Below are positions 58,901 to 64,000 of a stretch of 64,000 nt of DNA, piece after piece; the stretch's first letter is position 1, and each line of letters opens with the position of its first letter. The stretch comes from Octopus vulgaris (Eukaryota). Made by a program: the position numbers and the translations under genes. The stretch covers positions 125,550,001 through 125,614,000 of the forward strand of contig OX597816.1 of assembly GCA_951406725.2 (NCBI GenBank), written 5' to 3'. Below the pieces are notes generated by a model. The model was not told where the DNA came from, ran no database searches, and saw nothing but the letters and a program-made list of their open reading frames with translations.

Positions 58901-59972
58901 ACTACAAATCATTTATAAGCTCAGACTTAAACTCATCATTGAACTTCAGTATGCAGATGACTGACTTCTGGTAGCCCACATTACATCTTCTAAAAGAACT
59001 AGCCTGACAGTTACCAATTGTAAATCTGAAGTCATCTCTCAATACAACAATACTCTACTCTCATATTCCTTACTTTTCCTATAAAAACAGCAACAACTAA
59101 CCATATCCTCCCATTTCAGATACCCTGCATAATTTTCATATGGTTGCCAGTGAATGAGATTCTAATATACTAGGATAGGCTTCCGTAGATTTTGAGATAT
59201 TCAGAAAGATGAGCTTTCTAAAAGAAAATTATCTCAGCCTCCAAATCCAGATCCTCATCTACCGTATACACCGTATTTCAACTCCGTTGTGTTGGTGCAA
59301 TGGATAAATAATAAATGGCCAGTATAACACTAGACAAAACAAGCTTTCCTCAAGCCAACATCGTCATTGTGTTCCGGCCAAATCAACAACGAATGCATAT
59401 GGTTCAACTATCAACTAGTTAACTTGGACATGTATTGCACATATCTTTCTTTCACCTCACCGGTAAAATCCACCACAGGCAGTTCCACCACAGTCATTAT
59501 CTGGGTGGAGAACTAAAAGAGCCTTTCAAAGACATAGTTACAAACTATTCGTGTTGCTTTTCTCACTCTTAGAGGGAGATTGAAGATGTGAAGTAACACT
59601 ACGCTTAGCACGATCGGTAGAAGTGTAAAAAGAAGCATGCATTGCTGATTAATACCTAGCTTTTCCAACCAAATATTCACTCTTCCCGTCTGCAAACGTA
59701 GCTGTACAACGAAGTTGGGAAATAGAATCATTAAAAGATTTGTAATGAAAGAGATCATCATTCATGAATTCAGCAGACAAGCCTAAGCAAGTAAGGAGGT
59801 AAGGAGGTACCACATACGAGTATGTATCAGTATGAGTGTGTGTACGTATGTATGTTTATATATATATATATATATATATATGGCAAATGAAACACAGAAG
59901 ATAGAATATAGATATATGTGTGTATGTGTGTGTGTACATATATAAATTGACAGACGGACAGACACACACACA

Positions 59973-59994
59973 GATAGATAGATAGATAGATAGT

Positions 59995-60081
<87 letters not shown>
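59973..60081. repeat. (GATA)n microsatellite
   Basis: direct reading. Confidence 0.97.
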
Positions 60082-60082
<1 letters not shown>

Positions 60083-63000
60083 CAGATATTCTTAAATAAC
60101 AAAAGGGAAATGAGATGGTATACAAAAAAGAATTTAACTAAATTACATGACATATAACGAAATAGGTGGAAAATGTAATTCTATCTTGTTCGTGTTTAGA
60201 TTGTTTTTATATTATTCTTTTTATCTTTTTGTAAACATGACAGGCGTGAAATATTTGTTAATTTTCTATAAGACACAAATTGATTAAGATTAAATTTGAT
60301 AGCACAAACTATATTAAATATTCACACCAAGCAAAATTGTTTATACTCTTCTTTGTGACAGCAAGTTTTAATCTAACCAGCTAGTTTATCAGCCTTAGTA
60401 TTAAAATTTTGTAATATTTCAGCAATTCTCCTTTTTCGTTTTAAATACTCATGGACCTGTCTCTAACTTACTACATCTTACTAACACCACACTAAGCATG
60501 CTGATTATCTTGCCTTTACATACTGTTCATCACAACTCTCAAGATTACATACAAGGTTCCAGCTTTAGTCTGAATGTTAGCATGAAAATTCTGGCAAAAT
60601 TCATTCAACCCCGTTAATTCTCTCTTATTGCACATCATTTAAAATTTCGATTATTTTCCATCAAAATTTCCCTTCCTCACTCCTCTAACTCAATCTGTCG
60701 TTTGTGCAACCCCATTTCTATTTCTAAGTAATTGTTCGACCATTTCTGAGTTTCACTGTAATCATCACTCTCTATAATTTTAAATGTCACAACACCTATT
60801 GGATATCACCTTTCGACTGGTAACAGAAGACGAATACTTTGCATTCATGAGTGTTCTGGAACAGCTAGTATCGTAACTTACACGTATCACGTTCTCACCT
60901 TTAAAATTAGCTTTTAACAGAATATTATCACCTCTGTAATTATCCTGAATGCTATGGCATTTCTAGTCAGAATTTCACCACTTATACACTAAGTAAATTG
61001 ACATCACTCCTATTGTACATGACAATGCTAGGAACATTAACAGAAATTATGTTTTCAGGTATGCCTCTTCCCATATCTCAAGTCTGTCACGTAGTTCACA
61101 CATAGCTAACCTGTAAATACAGCCGTAAACACAATCTACTCTCCCTGTAGAAACTTGCATCGTAATAACCAATTGGATCTTACTCACCGTTCCAACTATC
61201 ACAATGTCTACAAACTCTTTCGCTACCCAAATCGCGCTGGTTATTTTGTTTCTTTGCTGAGAGTATCATTGTTCAACTACTCGATCGTCAATACATCATG
61301 ATCTGAAAGATGCCACCATTGCATCCATTACAACAATCTACACACACGAAAACACTTTGGTAGTTTGAAATCATCAGCACTACCGCCCCTAACAATCTCC
61401 TTTTCGTCGCATTGAAAATTTCCGAGGAGAATAACTTTTCTAGACCTCTCAAATATCGATCTATTCCTCTCTTTTTCAAGGTTTGATGAAGAGAGCAATC
61501 GTCAACTCCCTTCTCCAAGCATGTAAGTGTCTTATTTTCCTTAAAGATCATCGGCGTTTCTGCGTCTCCTCTGCGATGCTGAAAACAATGTCACAGCACT
61601 TCACATCAGCAATGCATTATGATGGAATTTGACGCACGAATGTCTCAACAAAATTTCCCAACTATGGGTTGTATCCTTTTCAAATACCTTAAAATTGTAA
61701 GTTTGTCAGATCTCATATCATCACAATGTATGCTGATGATAGTGTATTTTTGTCTCGTACACTAAACTCTGGTGTGTGCTCTAAGGATAAGTTAAAGTAT
61801 CTACTCCAGTTATTACCGCAAGGGCCTCATTGCTGCAACTTAACACTATTTCCCCTTTTGCAACTTTCCACATGCATGTATTAAAATCACGCAAACTAGA
61901 CATCATATCCAACAACAAATAAACTTTCTTCAATTAGGCGATCTGCCTAGGCATTGTCCAAATCAAGGAAACTGTATTGTACATCACTAAATAATATTTT
62001 TTTCGATCTCGCTCTCCTGGAACCTAATCCTTCTTTCCTAATTCTTTCGTAAAGACTTCATCTTGCGTATTTTCAGACTGAACAACAATTGTTTCAATTT
62101 CGTCGCAGAGCATCTGTAAATGTCAAAATACACCTCTTTCCACGAGACTGCTTTCCATTCCACAAACAAATCACATCAAAAGCAACGTATTGTTTTTTTT
62201 ACTCCATTAGTGAAATTAAGTCTAGCCAAATATATTAACATATTCCTCTCCCAAAGATATAATTTTTTTTATCTATGTGAGCCCAGAAAATGAAAATGTG
62301 TGACGTATGTCCTAGTTGCAAATCAATTGAAACCCCTTGAACAAGAAAATCCACTCTATTATAGATTTAATTTACTGGGAGACAGTCACCACACCACAAA
62401 GCATGAAACGGTTTGACGAATATTGTTTTCGGTTGCATATGACGTTTATGTATTTAATTTAAGGGAGGTTATGTGTGTTTGTAACAGTCTTACCGATCGC
62501 ACGGTAAACAACTTTGAAGGCAAACATTACTCATCTTGGAATTTATTATGTCATATCGCTGGAAAGTTACCTTCTTTTTTTGTCTATCTGCATCACATTT
62601 GAATGAACGTTAAGAAATATTCATTTAAAGTCAAGTTAATTTACAATTTAAGTTTGTTTAAGAATAAAATATAGTTGGCTATACTTATATCTTAAAACAT
62701 CATACTAATGAAGATATCTTTTGCATAAACATTATTAGAGACAGACAAGGAGCCTAAACAGTGAGTTTGATCATGATGTAGAGTTAATTATTGTGTCTGC
62801 ACATAGGCACGCGTATTTGTGTCATCTTAGATCGTAATACCAATATATATCTATCCACTGAAGTTTGCCCAAGGATCAAGTATATAAAATAGAGACAGTG
62901 ATGTTTTGTGTGTGAACAAATTTATCTGTCTCCGAATAGTCTTTGAAATTATCTTTTATTGATAATTAGTTCGTTTAGCAAAATAATGAACCGAATGTTA

Positions 63001-64000
63001 TTGCACAGTAGATATACTAAGTGATAAAGATAAAAGATTCGTCATATAAATTCATATATATATATACGTGCGTGAAAGTGTGTTTGTGTGTGTACATGCA
63101 TATGTATGACTATGAATAAGGGATATAAGTATGTATGAGGTAAAAGTCGACTTAGATTTTCTAGATAATTTTGTTTACTTAAACTACTCGATTTTGGTTA
63201 TTCTGAGAGAATGGTCGGCTTCTTATTGCTTCTCTATATGATGTTTGTTGATTTTAATTGTTCTAGCTTGTCTCTACTTTGGAAATGTTATATCTGGGAA
63301 TTAGTTTTATATTTAAATAAATTAATCTTGTTAAAGTGAAATTACTTGAAGATGACAGCTAATTCCAATAAATAAATTCTGCTTTTACTGAGTAGTTACT
63401 TGTGACTAAACTTTGATCAAGTAGTGTAAGTTCGTCATAATCAACAGAATACGTAATTTGCCAATGCTCTTTGCTCTGCACGAATGAATGGGCGTCACTT
63501 GCACAAGGTGTAAATTAGAGGGCTACAGACTGTCTAAACATCTAATGAAATCAGTTTTCATTGCCTTTTCGTGTTTCATCGCGAGTTAAGAAGTAATGTA
63601 TTCAATATCGTACACATTTTTTTTTCATTGAAATTTGCTTCTCAACTGATGAAAGAAAATAAAAATCCAAGAATAAAGAGGTAACAGTTCATGACTCTCA
63701 AAGGGAGAGGAGATAATTTTAATTTAAACCAGAATTAATATCGGAAAGTTAATTTACATATTTAGTGAGTGGGGATATCTGATCTTTGATTGCAGCTAAT
63801 TGACAACAGCAGTGATATTTCTTTCTATGGGACACTACCAACATAGTACAGTCGACTATCCTATACTTCATCAGTTGACAATGGCTTTTACATAGAGAAA
63901 AAGTGTCATGAGTCATTTTCTGCCAATATAATTTGCAATATATAGTTGCTCTACTATGTTGTCACAGAATATTATTCTTTTCTCCAGTGGAAAACATTTC

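Overview
AT-rich, microsatellite-dense eukaryotic non-coding DNA. The SINE families, Dong/R4 LINEs and (TA)n/(ATT)n load suggest an octopus/cephalopod genome (inference). No host exon, rRNA, true tRNA or CRISPR is supportable, and most listed ORFs are microsatellite artefacts. Recognisable content: several R4/Dong-clade RLE retrotransposon copies sitting in (TAA)n arrays (one with a near-intact RT, CCHC knuckle and RLE at 52.3-54.6 kb), a young internally deleted CR1-group LINE, four mariner remnants, a probable Gypsy LTR with a tRNA-Trp PBS, three tRNA-derived SINE families, and a decayed Penelope-like (GIY-YIG) element. The most interesting signal is a set of five sequence-unrelated, ORF-less elements, four of them in or beside (TA)n tracts. 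Each carries a type I hammerhead-ribozyme-like motif with a palindromic or near-palindromic stem III (4.9, 28.7, 32.7, 51.7, 52.0 kb). Three are head-to-head fold-backs, one is a 578-bp terminally redundant unit, one has a G3-C8 compensatory core and one is joined to a tRNA-like Pol III head. Together they look like a non-autonomous Penelope/retrozyme-like system. All alignments and folds were done by eye and are untested.
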